From contig JBEEFT010000184.1 in assembly GCA_041166225.1 (NCBI GenBank), positions 6,058-70,057 of the forward strand: a stretch of DNA of 64,000 nucleotides, written 5' to 3'. Both the position numbers and the translations under genes were made by a program. Numbering within the stretch: the first letter of the stretch is position 1; each line of letters begins with the position of its first letter. This document shows positions 10,061-19,104 of this stretch, piece after piece. The notes below the pieces were generated by a model. The model was given only the letters and a program-made list of their open reading frames with translations, made no database searches and had not been told where the DNA came from. Source of the DNA: Actinomycetota bacterium. GTDB taxonomy: Bacteria; Actinomycetota; Acidimicrobiia; Acidimicrobiales; JACCXE01.

Positions 10061-10932
10061 ACCGACACGTCTTTCGTGTCGAAGCGCGCCCGCAGCGCGT
10101 CACCGGCGAAGTTCAACGCCAGAACGGTGAGGAAGAGCACCGCCGACGGGATGAGGCTCAGCGCGGGATGGTCTTCGAGAAAGCTGCGTCCGTCGTTGAT
10201 CATGCCGCCCCACGTCGCGGTGGGCGCATGGACGGACAGCCCGAGAAACGCGAGCCCACCCTCGCCGACTATCGCGAGCGCGACGGCAATAAACGAGAAC
10301 GCGCCAATCGGGATCGCGACGTTGGGCAGGATCTCGCGAAGGATGATCCGCCGGTTCGACGCGCCAAGGGTCCGCGCCGCGAGTACGAAGTCGCGCTGGG
10401 CGAAGGTGAGCGTGCTCGCGCGCACGATGCGCGCAATGCCGGGAATCGAGATCACGGCAATCGCGATGGTGACGTTGCGTAGGTTCTGGCCGAGGAACGT
10501 GACGATCGCGAGCGCGAAGACCAGAGCCGGGAACGCGAGCATCACGTCGGCGATCGCCATCAGGACCCGGTCGATGCGGCCGCGGTAGAACCCGGCGATC
10601 ACGCCCATTGCGCCACCAATCAACAGCCCGATGGCGATCGACGCGAATCCGACGGTCAGCGAGACCCGACCGGCGTACACGACGCGGGCGAACATGTCGC
10701 GGCCCAGCGAATCGGTGCCGAGCAAATGATGAAGGCTCGGGTTGAGATTGATGGCAGCTTTCTGCGCGTTGGGGTCCGGGATCGGCAGGACGCTCGCGAA
10801 CACGGCGAGGAAGATCACCAACGCGACCCACGCCAACGACAAGATGAAAAAGAAGCCGAGCTTGCGCTTGCGCCGTGGGCTCGCCTCGACGGCCGCGGCT
10901 TCGGGGACGGGTGCGTTAGCCAGCGGCAGCAT
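10057..10932 (-). CDS. Peptide ABC transporter permease (OppC/DppC type)
   Basis: Six TM segments, with an EAA-like loop in ...ARTLGASNRRIILREILPN.... It overlaps its neighbours by 4 and 17 nt. Confidence 0.85.
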   Translation of the reverse strand: MLPLANAPVPEAAAVEASPRRKRKLGFFFILSLAWVALVIFLAVFASVLPIPDPNAQKAAINLNPSLHHLLGTDSLGRDMFARVVYAGRVSLTVGFASIAIGLLIGGAMGVIAGFYRGRIDRVLMAIADVMLAFPALVFALAIVTFLGQNLRNVTIAIAVISIPGIARIVRASTLTFAQRDFVLAARTLGASNRRIILREILPNVAIPIGAFSFIAVALAIVGEGGLAFLGLSVHAPTATWGGMINDGRSFLEDHPALSLIPSAVLFLTVLALNFAGDALRARFDTKDVSV

Positions 10933-11869
10933 GGCGGACCCTTGGGTCGATCACGACGTAGAGCAAGTCGACGAGGAAGTTGACGAGGACGTAGCCGACG
11001 GCCACGAGTAGCACCGTGCCCTGCACGACGAGGTAGTCCGTGCTGAAGATGGATTGCACCGTGAGTTCACCGATGCCGGGCAGTGCGAAAAGGATCTCGA
11101 CGATGAACGTGCCGCCGATCAACCGGCCGAAGTTGAGACCGGCCACGGTGACTAACGAAAAACTTGATGGGCGAAAGGCGTGGCGCCACAGGATTCGCCG
11201 CGGCGGCATGCCCTTGGCCCGCGCCATCGTGATGAAGTCTTCTTGCAGAGTTGTGATCATGTCGGCGCGCAGCAAGCGGAGGTACGTCGCCAGTTCCGCG
11301 AGCGCGAGCGTGATCGACGGCAGCGTCAACGACCGCAGGTTTTCGACCGGGTTTTGGCTAAACGGCGTGTAACCGGTCGCGGGGAAAACATGGAACGCAA
11401 CGGCGAACAACAACACCAGCACCACGCCCACGATGTAGGGCGGCAATGCAAGGAACCCGAACGATACGCCTGTCGATATTCGGTCCAGCAGGCCATCGGG
11501 TTTGGTGGCGGCGCGGATCGCAAGGGGGATCGAAACCACGAGGGCGAGGAACTGCGACAGCACGAGCAGTTCGAGGGTGACTGGCAGGCGCTGCTTCAGC
11601 GCCTCGGTGGTGGGTTGGTTGTTTTGGTACGACCGACCGAGGTCACCGTGCACGGCGTTCCACACGAAGCTCCCGTATTGACTGACGACGGGCTTGTCGA
11701 GGCCAAGTTGTTTGTGCAGGGTCTTGACCGCCGCGGGCGTTGCGCTCGGGCCGAGAATGTTGACTGCCGGGTCTCCCGGCAACAACTTCAACATCCCGAA
11801 CGACAACGCCGTGACGGCGAACAGCACGGGGATCAGATAAAGAATCTTCCCGGCTACGGAGCGCAGCAC
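10916..11869 (-). CDS. Peptide ABC transporter permease (OppB/DppB type)
   Basis: The N-terminus MLRSVAGKILYLIPVLFAVTALSFGMLKLLPGDP is typical of the family. ...ARAKGMPPRRILWRHAFR... is the EAA loop. Confidence 0.9.
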   Translation of the reverse strand: MLRSVAGKILYLIPVLFAVTALSFGMLKLLPGDPAVNILGPSATPAAVKTLHKQLGLDKPVVSQYGSFVWNAVHGDLGRSYQNNQPTTEALKQRLPVTLELLVLSQFLALVVSIPLAIRAATKPDGLLDRISTGVSFGFLALPPYIVGVVLVLLFAVAFHVFPATGYTPFSQNPVENLRSLTLPSITLALAELATYLRLLRADMITTLQEDFITMARAKGMPPRRILWRHAFRPSSFSLVTVAGLNFGRLIGGTFIVEILFALPGIGELTVQSIFSTDYLVVQGTVLLVAVGYVLVNFLVDLLYVVIDPRVRHAAAG

Positions 11870-11885
11870 GTTTTAGGGAGCGGCG

Positions 11886-13532
11886 CTAGTTGACGCCGAC
11901 GTGGGTCAGGAGGAATGCGCCTCCGATTGTGTGGTTCACGCCTGCTTCACCGTCGGGCAGGGTCCAGGTTTCGATGCCCTTCACCTTGGGCTTGAACGCA
12001 ATCTGCCAAATGGTCTGGTTCAACCAAACGTAAGGAACGTCGTCGGTGGCGAAGCGTTTGGCGATGTCCTGATACGCCGCCTTGCGTTGGGCGTCGTCGG
12101 CCGACGTGCGGCCCTTCAGCAACGCGGCGTCGATCGCCGGGTCATTGTTCCGGGCGAAGTTCAAAGCGAGCTGACCGATCGGCGCAGCTGTCTTTGTGGA
12201 CCACCACACGAAGTCGGCGTCGGGATCAGGCTCGCCGAACTGACGCCAGTCGTAGGCCTGGTACGCACCGTTGAGAGCGTTGAGGATGTACTCGCTCTGC
12301 TGAACCTGCTTGATCGTGACGTTGATGCCGGCGTCTTTCCACATTGACTGGATGAGCGACATGTCCTGCAGGTTGCGGCCGGTGTTGGTGGTGCCGAGTT
12401 CGAACGTCACGTTGCTGACGCCCTTGTCGGTCTCGTACTGCTTGACCAAGTCCTTGGCTTTCGCCAGATCAAAGCTGGGATATGTGGTGTCGCTGTGGAA
12501 GTCCGATCCGACATTGCCGAACGGGCCGGTTGAGTCAGGCGAGATCCCGAAGTCGATGGTGTCGATACGACGCTTGCGGTCGGTCGCGTACGCGAGAGCT
12601 TTGCGGATCCGAACATCGTCGAGGGGCGCCTTCGCCGTGTTGAGCATGATGAAGTGCTCTTCTTGCTCACCCTGCACCTTCTCGTCGGTGATCGACGCAA
12701 TGCTGCCGCTGTTCTTCAAGTCCTTGATGGTCTGCACGTCGCTCGAATGCATCAAGTCGATCGTCCCGGCCCGCAGGCTGGACTCACGCGACTGGGTCTC
12801 GACGATCGGGCGCAGCTCGACGGAATCGAGGTAGGGCAAGCCCTTCTGCCAGTAGTTCGGGTTCTTGGTGGCGATCATGTGGTTGCCCGGCACCCAGTCT
12901 TTGAGCACGAATGGTCCGGTGCCGATCGGGTTACGCGGCGCAGCCTTCGGATCGTCGAGCATCTTGTGCGAGAACACGAAGCCAAGCTGACCGGTGAGGT
13001 ACGTCGGGAACGGCACCCATGGTCCGGCCATCGTGAACTGCGCCGTGAGGTCGTCGACCTTCGTGACCGTCTTGAGATAACCCACGATCGCAGCGGCGGT
13101 GAGCGGTGACTTGAGGTGCGCGTTCCAGTCGGCGACGACGTCGTCGGCGGTAAGCGGGTCGCCGTTGCTGAATTTCACATTCGGACGCAGCTTCACGGTC
13201 CACTGGGTGTAGTCCGCGTTGTGGTCGATCGACTCGGCCAGGTACGGATGGACCTTGCCGTCCTTCCCGAACGCGCCCAGCGAGTCGTAGACGATCGACG
13301 CGTACGTGAGGCCGGTGACGTCCATGCGGTTTTGCGTCGGATCGAATCCGTCGACTTCCGCCTCCACGCCCATCACCAACTTGCCGCCCGGCTTCGGCGT
13401 TGCGGTCGAAACTTTGCCTCCGCTGCTACTGCCCGACGACTTCTTGTCGGACGATCCGCACGCTCCCGCTACTAACGAGGCGGCTAGGACGACTGCTGCG
13501 ACGCGGCCCACTGTTCGAACCCTGGCACTCAT
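11886..13532 (-). CDS. ABC transporter substrate-binding lipoprotein, family 5 (peptide/nickel)
   Basis: I set the start at the ATG at 13532, which has GGAGAA upstream. The signal carries the lipobox LVAGAC. The family-5 SBP body includes ...GTGPFVLKDWVPGNHMIATKNPNYW.... The track start at 13613 is probably an over-extension. Confidence 0.85.
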   Translation of the reverse strand: MSARVRTVGRVAAVVLAASLVAGACGSSDKKSSGSSSGGKVSTATPKPGGKLVMGVEAEVDGFDPTQNRMDVTGLTYASIVYDSLGAFGKDGKVHPYLAESIDHNADYTQWTVKLRPNVKFSNGDPLTADDVVADWNAHLKSPLTAAAIVGYLKTVTKVDDLTAQFTMAGPWVPFPTYLTGQLGFVFSHKMLDDPKAAPRNPIGTGPFVLKDWVPGNHMIATKNPNYWQKGLPYLDSVELRPIVETQSRESSLRAGTIDLMHSSDVQTIKDLKNSGSIASITDEKVQGEQEEHFIMLNTAKAPLDDVRIRKALAYATDRKRRIDTIDFGISPDSTGPFGNVGSDFHSDTTYPSFDLAKAKDLVKQYETDKGVSNVTFELGTTNTGRNLQDMSLIQSMWKDAGINVTIKQVQQSEYILNALNGAYQAYDWRQFGEPDPDADFVWWSTKTAAPIGQLALNFARNNDPAIDAALLKGRTSADDAQRKAAYQDIAKRFATDDVPYVWLNQTIWQIAFKPKVKGIETWTLPDGEAGVNHTIGGAFLLTHVGVN

Positions 13533-13657
13533 GGTTTTCTCCATTCGCCCCAGCTGATGGTTTCGTGAACATAGCGTCACGTCGCGCGGCGCGCGCACGA
13601 TCCCGGAACGCATTGCCGGACCCCGGACCCCAGTCAGTAGATTGATGGCCCCGTCAC

Positions 13658-13734
13658 GGGGGCGTAGCTCAGCTGGCTAGAGCACTTGCTTTGCAAGCAA
13701 GAAGTCGTGGGTTCGAGTCCCATCGCCTCCACCA
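13658..13734 (+). tRNA. tRNA-Ala (anticodon TGC at 13692-13694), CCA encoded
   Basis: The acceptor GGGGGCG/CGCCTCC contains the G3:U70 Ala identity pair. The anticodon loop is TTTGCAA and the T loop is TTCGAGT. Confidence 0.95.
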
Positions 13735-13781
13735 ACAACCAAAGAACCGGCATCGAACCGGCGTGTCTACGATCAAGCGCG

Positions 13782-14156
13782 ATGGCGGTCACCGGGCTCG
13801 GAAACCTCGCGTGCAAAGTGCGCGACATGGACGCGGCGATTGCCTTTTATGAGCACGCGGGGGCTGACATTGCCGACCGTATGGAGTGGGCCGGCGCCGA
13901 GCGCGCCGACGTGCGCCTCGGTGCCGTGACGATCACGCTGTTCACCCGGGCGATCTACGAAGGCGACATCCAAGTGCCCGACGAGGGATTCCTCCACGCA
14001 GCGATGTTCACCGACGACCTCGACGCCGAACTGGAACGCCACGACGTGTTGTGGGGGCCCGAGGTCGTCACGGGACCGTTTGGGCGGCGCCGGATCGCGT
14101 TCGTGGAAGCGCCCGGTGGCATGCGGCTCGAGTTCATGGAACAGCTCGAGGGCTGA
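13782..14156 (+). CDS. VOC/glyoxalase-family protein
   Basis: MAVTGLGNLACKVRDMDAAIAFYEH...GGMRLEFMEQ has the beta-alpha-beta-beta-beta module pattern. The track start at 13686 runs into tRNA-Ala, so I chose the ATG at 13782. Confidence 0.7.
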   Translation: MAVTGLGNLACKVRDMDAAIAFYEHAGADIADRMEWAGAERADVRLGAVTITLFTRAIYEGDIQVPDEGFLHAAMFTDDLDAELERHDVLWGPEVVTGPFGRRRIAFVEAPGGMRLEFMEQLEG

Positions 14157-14157
14157 A

Positions 14158-15300
14158 ATGGAGCGCGTGCGCATCGGCGTCGTCGGAGTCGGAAACATCG
14201 CTCCGTTGAACGTCGCGGGCTATCTCGAGCATCCGGCGTGCGACGTTGTTGCGTTGTGCGATCCGCGGGAAGACAAGGCGCGCGCGATGGCCGCTGAGTG
14301 GGGCGTGCCGAACGTGTACACGTCACTCGACGCGTTGCTTTCCGATCCCGACGTCGACGCGGTCGAGATCCTCACGCCTACGCATATGCACAAAGATCAC
14401 GTGCTGGCCGCGATCGCGGCGGGGAAACATGTGAGCGTGCAGAAGCCGATCGCGAACACCGTTGCCGACGCGCGCTCCATGCGCGATGCCGCCGACGCAG
14501 CCGGCGTGGTGCTTCGCGTCAGCGAATGCTTCATCCACTATCCACCGCTGCTGAAGGCGAAGGAACTCATTGCGTCGGGCGCCATCGGCATCCCGACGAT
14601 GCTGCGGATGAAAACCGTTGTCGGTACGACCGACACCGAGTTCCAAGCGAACCTGGAACCCGGCGGCTACGAGTGGCGCTTCGACGACAAAAGCCCGGGC
14701 GGCCATCTTTTCGACGACGTCATTCACAAGTACGGCGTCGGGATCTGGTTGTTCGACCAAGCAGTGACGTCGGTGCAGGCGATCGTGCGGCGCGCTCCCG
14801 TTTTCTTCGAGGCCCCAACTGCAGCGATCTGGGAGTACGAACGTCAAAGCCTGCTCGGCATGATGGAGGTGACTTACGCGCCGGACATGTTCATCCGCAG
14901 CCGTTACTACGGCGCCGACGAGTTCTTCGAGATTCAAGGCACCGAGGGATTCATCTGGGTGACGCGCGCGACGGGCGAGATGCTCGACCTCGCGCCGGTG
15001 GTCCACTACGCGAAGGACGGCACGCAGACGCACTTCGATGCGATAGACGCCGACTGGCTGACCGGCTTCCGGGACAGCTCGAAGTACTTCGTCGATGCGC
15101 TTCTAAGTGGCACGCGCCCGGTCGACATGACGGCCGACGCCGCCATCGAAGCGCTCCAGTTGTGCTTCGCGGTGTACCAAGCGAGCAACGAACGCGCCCC
15201 GGTGGATCCGCGCACCATCGACGGCTCGGTGGGTCCGCCGTGGTGGCCGCCGGACCTTCACGAATCAATCGAGCTCTTGAACACCTACGGGCGCGAATAA
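14158..15300 (+). CDS. Gfo/Idh/MocA-family oxidoreductase
   Basis: MERVRIGVVGVGNIAP...EILTPTHMHKDHVLAAIAAGKHVSVQKP. The ATG at 14158 lies 1 nt after the preceding stop. Confidence 0.85.
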   Translation: MERVRIGVVGVGNIAPLNVAGYLEHPACDVVALCDPREDKARAMAAEWGVPNVYTSLDALLSDPDVDAVEILTPTHMHKDHVLAAIAAGKHVSVQKPIANTVADARSMRDAADAAGVVLRVSECFIHYPPLLKAKELIASGAIGIPTMLRMKTVVGTTDTEFQANLEPGGYEWRFDDKSPGGHLFDDVIHKYGVGIWLFDQAVTSVQAIVRRAPVFFEAPTAAIWEYERQSLLGMMEVTYAPDMFIRSRYYGADEFFEIQGTEGFIWVTRATGEMLDLAPVVHYAKDGTQTHFDAIDADWLTGFRDSSKYFVDALLSGTRPVDMTADAAIEALQLCFAVYQASNERAPVDPRTIDGSVGPPWWPPDLHESIELLNTYGRE

Positions 15301-15317
15301 AGGGCTGTTGTACGTCG

Positions 15318-16064
15318 TCACCGTGTCGTGAGGTCGGCGACCAGTGGCCAATGATCCGACGCCAGCCGCGCGCCCGGTTCCCTGACAACCACGCGCGCGT
15401 CGACGACCTCGACGTGTTCGTTGACGAGGATGAAGTCGATCGGTGGGCCGTGTGCGGTGCCAGTGAAACCGTGAAATGTTCCCGGAGCGTTCGGCGGAAA
15501 CGCGTTACGGAAGCGGGCGTCGGCGAGCGTGTCGAACAGCGCGTCGTCGGGCGCCGCGTTGAAGTCGCCGACGATGACCTGCGGTTGCGCGAGGTCGAGC
15601 CACTCGAGGAGTTGCGTGACGCTGCGCCTCCGAAGCTTTGACGACCGCTGGTCGAGGTGCGTGTTCGTAAAGGACAGGGGCGCGCCGTGGTTGTTCACGA
15701 CGACCGTCGTTGCGATGCGGGGGAACGACGCGCCCTCGAGGCGCGTTCCGGGAGTGTCGGGAGTGTCGCCGAACCAGCGCGTGTGGTGTTCGACCACGTC
15801 GATACTCGACGACACCAACACAGCACAGTGCTCACCACTCCGATTGGTGCCACGTCCGTCACCGAAGGCACGCACGTCACCGCCGTGCGTCACGAGATAT
15901 CGCACCTGGCATCCATAAGCCTCTTGCACTCCGAGCAGATCGGCGCGAAGTGACGCGGCAACGCGCGCCGTCGTGCGGCGCCGAAAAGGCCAGGAGTTAA
16001 GCCCGTCGAACGCGCGCGCATTGCGCACGTTGAACGAGCCAACGCGCAACACGTTCCGTTCCAT
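15318..16064 (-). CDS. Endonuclease/exonuclease/phosphatase (EEP) family protein
   Basis: LRVGSFNVRNA...LLGVQEA...THLD...GDFN...SDHWPL are the EEP catalytic motifs. The start at 16064 (MERNVLRV) is preferred over 16112. Confidence 0.8.
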   Translation of the reverse strand: MERNVLRVGSFNVRNARAFDGLNSWPFRRRTTARVAASLRADLLGVQEAYGCQVRYLVTHGGDVRAFGDGRGTNRSGEHCAVLVSSSIDVVEHHTRWFGDTPDTPGTRLEGASFPRIATTVVVNNHGAPLSFTNTHLDQRSSKLRRRSVTQLLEWLDLAQPQVIVGDFNAAPDDALFDTLADARFRNAFPPNAPGTFHGFTGTAHGPPIDFILVNEHVEVVDARVVVREPGARLASDHWPLVADLTTR

Positions 16065-16074
16065 GACGCGCCGT

Positions 16075-17676
16075 TTAGGGGCTCGGACGACGCAATCGGG
16101 CGAGCGCCGCAAGAGTTACTGCGGCGGCGCCCGCGAGGAGGGAGGGGGTCGCCCCGCGGCCGGTGCGGGGCAGAACGGCGCGTGGAGGAGTCACTGACGG
16201 CGCGACCGTTGTTGTCGTCACCACTGCAGGCCGCGTGGCGGAAGCAACGACGATGCCGCTGGGCCGCCCGCGCACGGGCAGCGTGTACTGCGTAGGCATC
16301 ACCTGCTGCGACGGCAACGCGGGGTCGGGCAGGCCGTGCTGCGCGGTGGCGGCTGCGGCGAGCGCGTTCGCGTCGGGCAGCGGCGGCACGTCGACGCGCG
16401 CTGCGCCCGCGAAGTTGATCGCGCTCGTCAGGTCGCCGACGGTCTCGCGACGCCAGTCGCTCAGGTTCGGACACCGCACGTTGAAGCGTCGCTCGAGCAG
16501 CTTGATTACCGACGTGTGATCAAAGACGTCGCTGCTCACCAACGGTCCCCGCGTGAATGGCGAGATGAGCATCATCGGCACCCGGAATCCGAGGCCGACG
16601 GGCCAGTTCAGGAAGTACTCGTCGAGCTCGGTCGGCGGCGGGGTCGGCGGGAGAACGTGGTCGAAGTGGCCGTCGTTCTCGTCGTAGTTGACGATGAACA
16701 GCGTTTTGGCCCATACGTCGGGGTTAGCCGTGAGCGCGTCGAGAATCTGGTCGATGAACTGCGCGCCGCGTCCGCTCGACGCGTTCGGATGTTCCGATGT
16801 TTCTGTCGCCCCGACGATGTAACTGACTTGGGGCAACCGATCGGCGAGGACATCGGATTTGATGCGCGCTGCAGTGGCTGCGCCGAGCAGCGCCGTAGAA
16901 GGAATGAAGCTGTTGCCGCGCCGATACAGGTCAGTGTGAGTGTCGGCGAATCCGGCAAAGCTTGGCAACATGTTGTCGTCGTAGTTGTCGTGTTCTTGGT
17001 AGAGGTACCAGTCGACGCCCGCCTCGTGCAGCGTCTCGGGAAACGTCTTCCACTTGAGCGCGCCCGGCGTGGTGTTGGTGTTCGCGATCACGGGCCCGCC
17101 GCGCAACGCGTGCGGGTCGATGGTCCCGCTCATAAACATCACTCGGTTCGGGTTCGTCGGACCGAACACCGAGCAGAAGTAGCGGTCGCAGACCGTGAAC
17201 GCGTCGGCGAGGGAGTAGTGGTACGGGATGTCGGCCTGGTTGTAATACCCCATGACGATCGGGTCGTTGCTCTGGCCGAGCATGAAGCCGTCCATCCGAC
17301 CCTGGTTCCACATGAGGTGCTGGGAGTGCCACTCGTGATCGAGGCCGCCGAAGGTTTGAGCCTTGGTCTTCGTGGTGTCCATTCGCCACGGCAAGACGTA
17401 GCCCGACGGGTTCTTCAGCACCCTCGGATCGCGTTGGCGGAACACGCCGGGGATCGCGTGCGGGTCGTCGAACCCGATCACACCGGACATCCGTCCGAAG
17501 TACTCGTCGAAGGACCGGTTCTCCTGCATGAGGATCACGAAGTGTTCGATGTCGTCAAGCGACGCTGCACCGGAGGGAACAGATGTGGCGAGAGCGCGCG
17601 CGAGGCCCGGACCCATGGCGGTACCAACAACGCCCGCGGCGGCGCCGCCGAGGAACTGGCGTCGAGTGATCGGCAT
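16075..17676 (-). CDS. Phospholipase C / acid-phosphatase (phosphoesterase) family enzyme with Tat signal and LPXTG anchor
   Basis: The twin-arginine signal is MPITRRQFLGGAAAGVVGTAMG. The phosphoesterase-family body includes IEHFVILMQENRSFDEYFG...NYDENDGHFDHV. The C-terminus is LPRTG followed by a hydrophobic helix and RLRRPSP. Confidence 0.85.
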   Translation of the reverse strand: MPITRRQFLGGAAAGVVGTAMGPGLARALATSVPSGAASLDDIEHFVILMQENRSFDEYFGRMSGVIGFDDPHAIPGVFRQRDPRVLKNPSGYVLPWRMDTTKTKAQTFGGLDHEWHSQHLMWNQGRMDGFMLGQSNDPIVMGYYNQADIPYHYSLADAFTVCDRYFCSVFGPTNPNRVMFMSGTIDPHALRGGPVIANTNTTPGALKWKTFPETLHEAGVDWYLYQEHDNYDDNMLPSFAGFADTHTDLYRRGNSFIPSTALLGAATAARIKSDVLADRLPQVSYIVGATETSEHPNASSGRGAQFIDQILDALTANPDVWAKTLFIVNYDENDGHFDHVLPPTPPPTELDEYFLNWPVGLGFRVPMMLISPFTRGPLVSSDVFDHTSVIKLLERRFNVRCPNLSDWRRETVGDLTSAINFAGAARVDVPPLPDANALAAAATAQHGLPDPALPSQQVMPTQYTLPVRGRPSGIVVASATRPAVVTTTTVAPSVTPPRAVLPRTGRGATPSLLAGAAAVTLAALARLRRPSP

Positions 17677-17687
17677 CAGGCGAGACG

Positions 17688-18410
17688 TCAGCCGAGTGGG
17701 GACCAGCCCGACACGCGCAGCAGTCGGCTCTCCCACTGGTCACGAACATCGAGCGCGTCGATCATCCAGCTGCCCGGCTTCTTGTACGCGTCGGGTACCT
17801 CACGATTGAACAATGCGAGCAACCCGTCTTGGTTGTTGACGCGTTGCCACAACACGATCTCGCGGTGCTTGCCGCTGCCGAACCGCGGGACGAACGCGGC
17901 GACGAGCTCGAGCAGCCCGCCGCCCGGCCGCGCGTTGGCGGTCTCCAATGTCTTGACGTAGAGCGTCGACGCCTTCTCGAGGTAGTTGTCGAACTCACCG
18001 CGGTGCGGCCACGCCGTGTCCTCCATGAACAGCGGCAGCACTCCGTCGGCGGGTTCGTCCGACGCGGCCGAGATGGTGGACAGGTCGAGCGTCTGCAGAG
18101 TTGAGAACGCGGCGGGTTCGAGCACCTTGGCTTCGAGTCCGTGCCGCAACGAATCCATCTCGGCGTACCAGTCATGCAGATCGCCGTTGTGAATGCGCGC
18201 GTCGAGGTCGTCGATGACGGCCGAAGACGCGACCGCCGTGACAGTGACGAACACGTAGGCCCAGCCGGTGCCGTGGGCCTGATGCATGAACCACAGCAGC
18301 CGGGCGTCGTCGGACCTCGCCAAGGTCGGCGCCCAGCCCTCGCGGTACAACCGCTCGAACCGATCGGCGTCTTTGCCGGCGACGCGGTGGGTTTCGTGCA
18401 CGAACAGCAT
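17688..18410 (-). CDS. Hypothetical protein (possibly a tandem NIPSNAP-like alpha/beta-barrel)
   Basis: A clean 240-aa ORF with codon-biased composition and no motif I can name with confidence. Confidence 0.5.
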   Translation of the reverse strand: MLFVHETHRVAGKDADRFERLYREGWAPTLARSDDARLLWFMHQAHGTGWAYVFVTVTAVASSAVIDDLDARIHNGDLHDWYAEMDSLRHGLEAKVLEPAAFSTLQTLDLSTISAASDEPADGVLPLFMEDTAWPHRGEFDNYLEKASTLYVKTLETANARPGGGLLELVAAFVPRFGSGKHREIVLWQRVNNQDGLLALFNREVPDAYKKPGSWMIDALDVRDQWESRLLRVSGWSPLG

Positions 18411-18463
18411 GGGCGGGACCCTACGCGGACAAATCGGGCAACGACGGCTGTACGCTCGGGTTC

Positions 18464-18613
18464 ATGATCCTGGTTCGAATTGCGATGGCGTTGGCCGCCG
18501 CTGCAGCCGGTCTTGCCGCTTTTCTCGGTGCCACGGCTGACCGTCTTCCCGACAACCCCGCTACCTGCGTGACGGTCCCCGCGGCCCATGTGCAAGTCGG
18601 GGTCTGCAAGTAG
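18464..18613 (+). CDS. Candidate 49-aa secreted peptide with C-terminal Cys-X12-Cys (not in the ORF track)
   Basis: It translates to MILVRIAMALAAAAAGLAAFLGATA|DRLPDNPATCVTVPAAHVQVGVCK, a Sec-like signal with an AxA site. It ends 7 nt before the downstream lipoprotein gene. It resembles the 49799 peptide. The SD is weak. Confidence 0.45.
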   Translation: MILVRIAMALAAAAAGLAAFLGATADRLPDNPATCVTVPAAHVQVGVCK

Positions 18614-18620
18614 CAGCAGC

Positions 18621-19097
18621 TTGGTGCGCCGGGGCTTCGCAGTAGCAGCGCTTCTCCTCGCAACACTGGGCGTCTTCTCCTGTGGCGGCAAGGACGAGCC
18701 CACGCTCAATACCGCTGGTGGTACCACCGCGAAGACGGACTCCTCGCCTGTCCCCACCGCAGCAGGCAAACCCCACTTCGACACGCCGGAGGCAGCGATG
18801 CGGTACCTCGCGGCGGCGTGGAACGCGCACGACCTGGTCAAGCTGAAGCACGTGACCGACCCCTCGGCGCGCGGCGAACTCGACGCGATGCACGCCGTCG
18901 CGATCAACTTGCGACTCAACCACTGCGACGCGAACCCCGGCGCCGGCGACTACACGTGCCATTTCGACCACGACTTTCCCGCCCATGCCTCAACCACGAT
19001 GGCTATGAACCACACCGGGCCCGGCGAGGCTGTGTTTCTCGTCGGCCCCGCCGATACGCCCGGGTGGTACATGACCGTGTTCGAAAGCTGCAGTTAG
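18621..19097 (+). CDS. Hypothetical lipoprotein
   Basis: I set the start at TTG 18621 or GTG 18624 (LVRRGFAVAALLLATLGVFSCGGK). There is a lipobox-like VFSC. The track start at 18588 overlaps the upstream sORF. Confidence 0.55.
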   Translation: MVRRGFAVAALLLATLGVFSCGGKDEPTLNTAGGTTAKTDSSPVPTAAGKPHFDTPEAAMRYLAAAWNAHDLVKLKHVTDPSARGELDAMHAVAINLRLNHCDANPGAGDYTCHFDHDFPAHASTTMAMNHTGPGEAVFLVGPADTPGWYMTVFESCS

Positions 19098-19104
19098 CGC
19101 CGCC

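Noticed and set aside
4232-13657. The region between the two tRNAs considered as a bona fide genomic island or integrative element.
   Set aside because: It has no integrase, recombinase, transposase or phage genes. I saw no direct repeat of a tRNA 3' end and no obvious compositional break. It is reported only as a low-interest synteny observation.
13634-13828. ORFs 13634..13828 (minus) and the first 32 codons of 13686..14156 (plus), which overlap tRNA-Ala.
   Set aside because: They run through a well-folded tRNA gene. The VOC-family protein begins plausibly at the ATG at 13782, downstream of the tRNA.
18464-18613. The small two-Cys peptides considered as chaplin (DUF320)-like proteins.
   Set aside because: Chaplin domains have a longer conserved G-N-x-V-Q-V-P-V...C-G-N pattern. 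Only a vague V-x-V-P resemblance exists here, so I make no family assignment.
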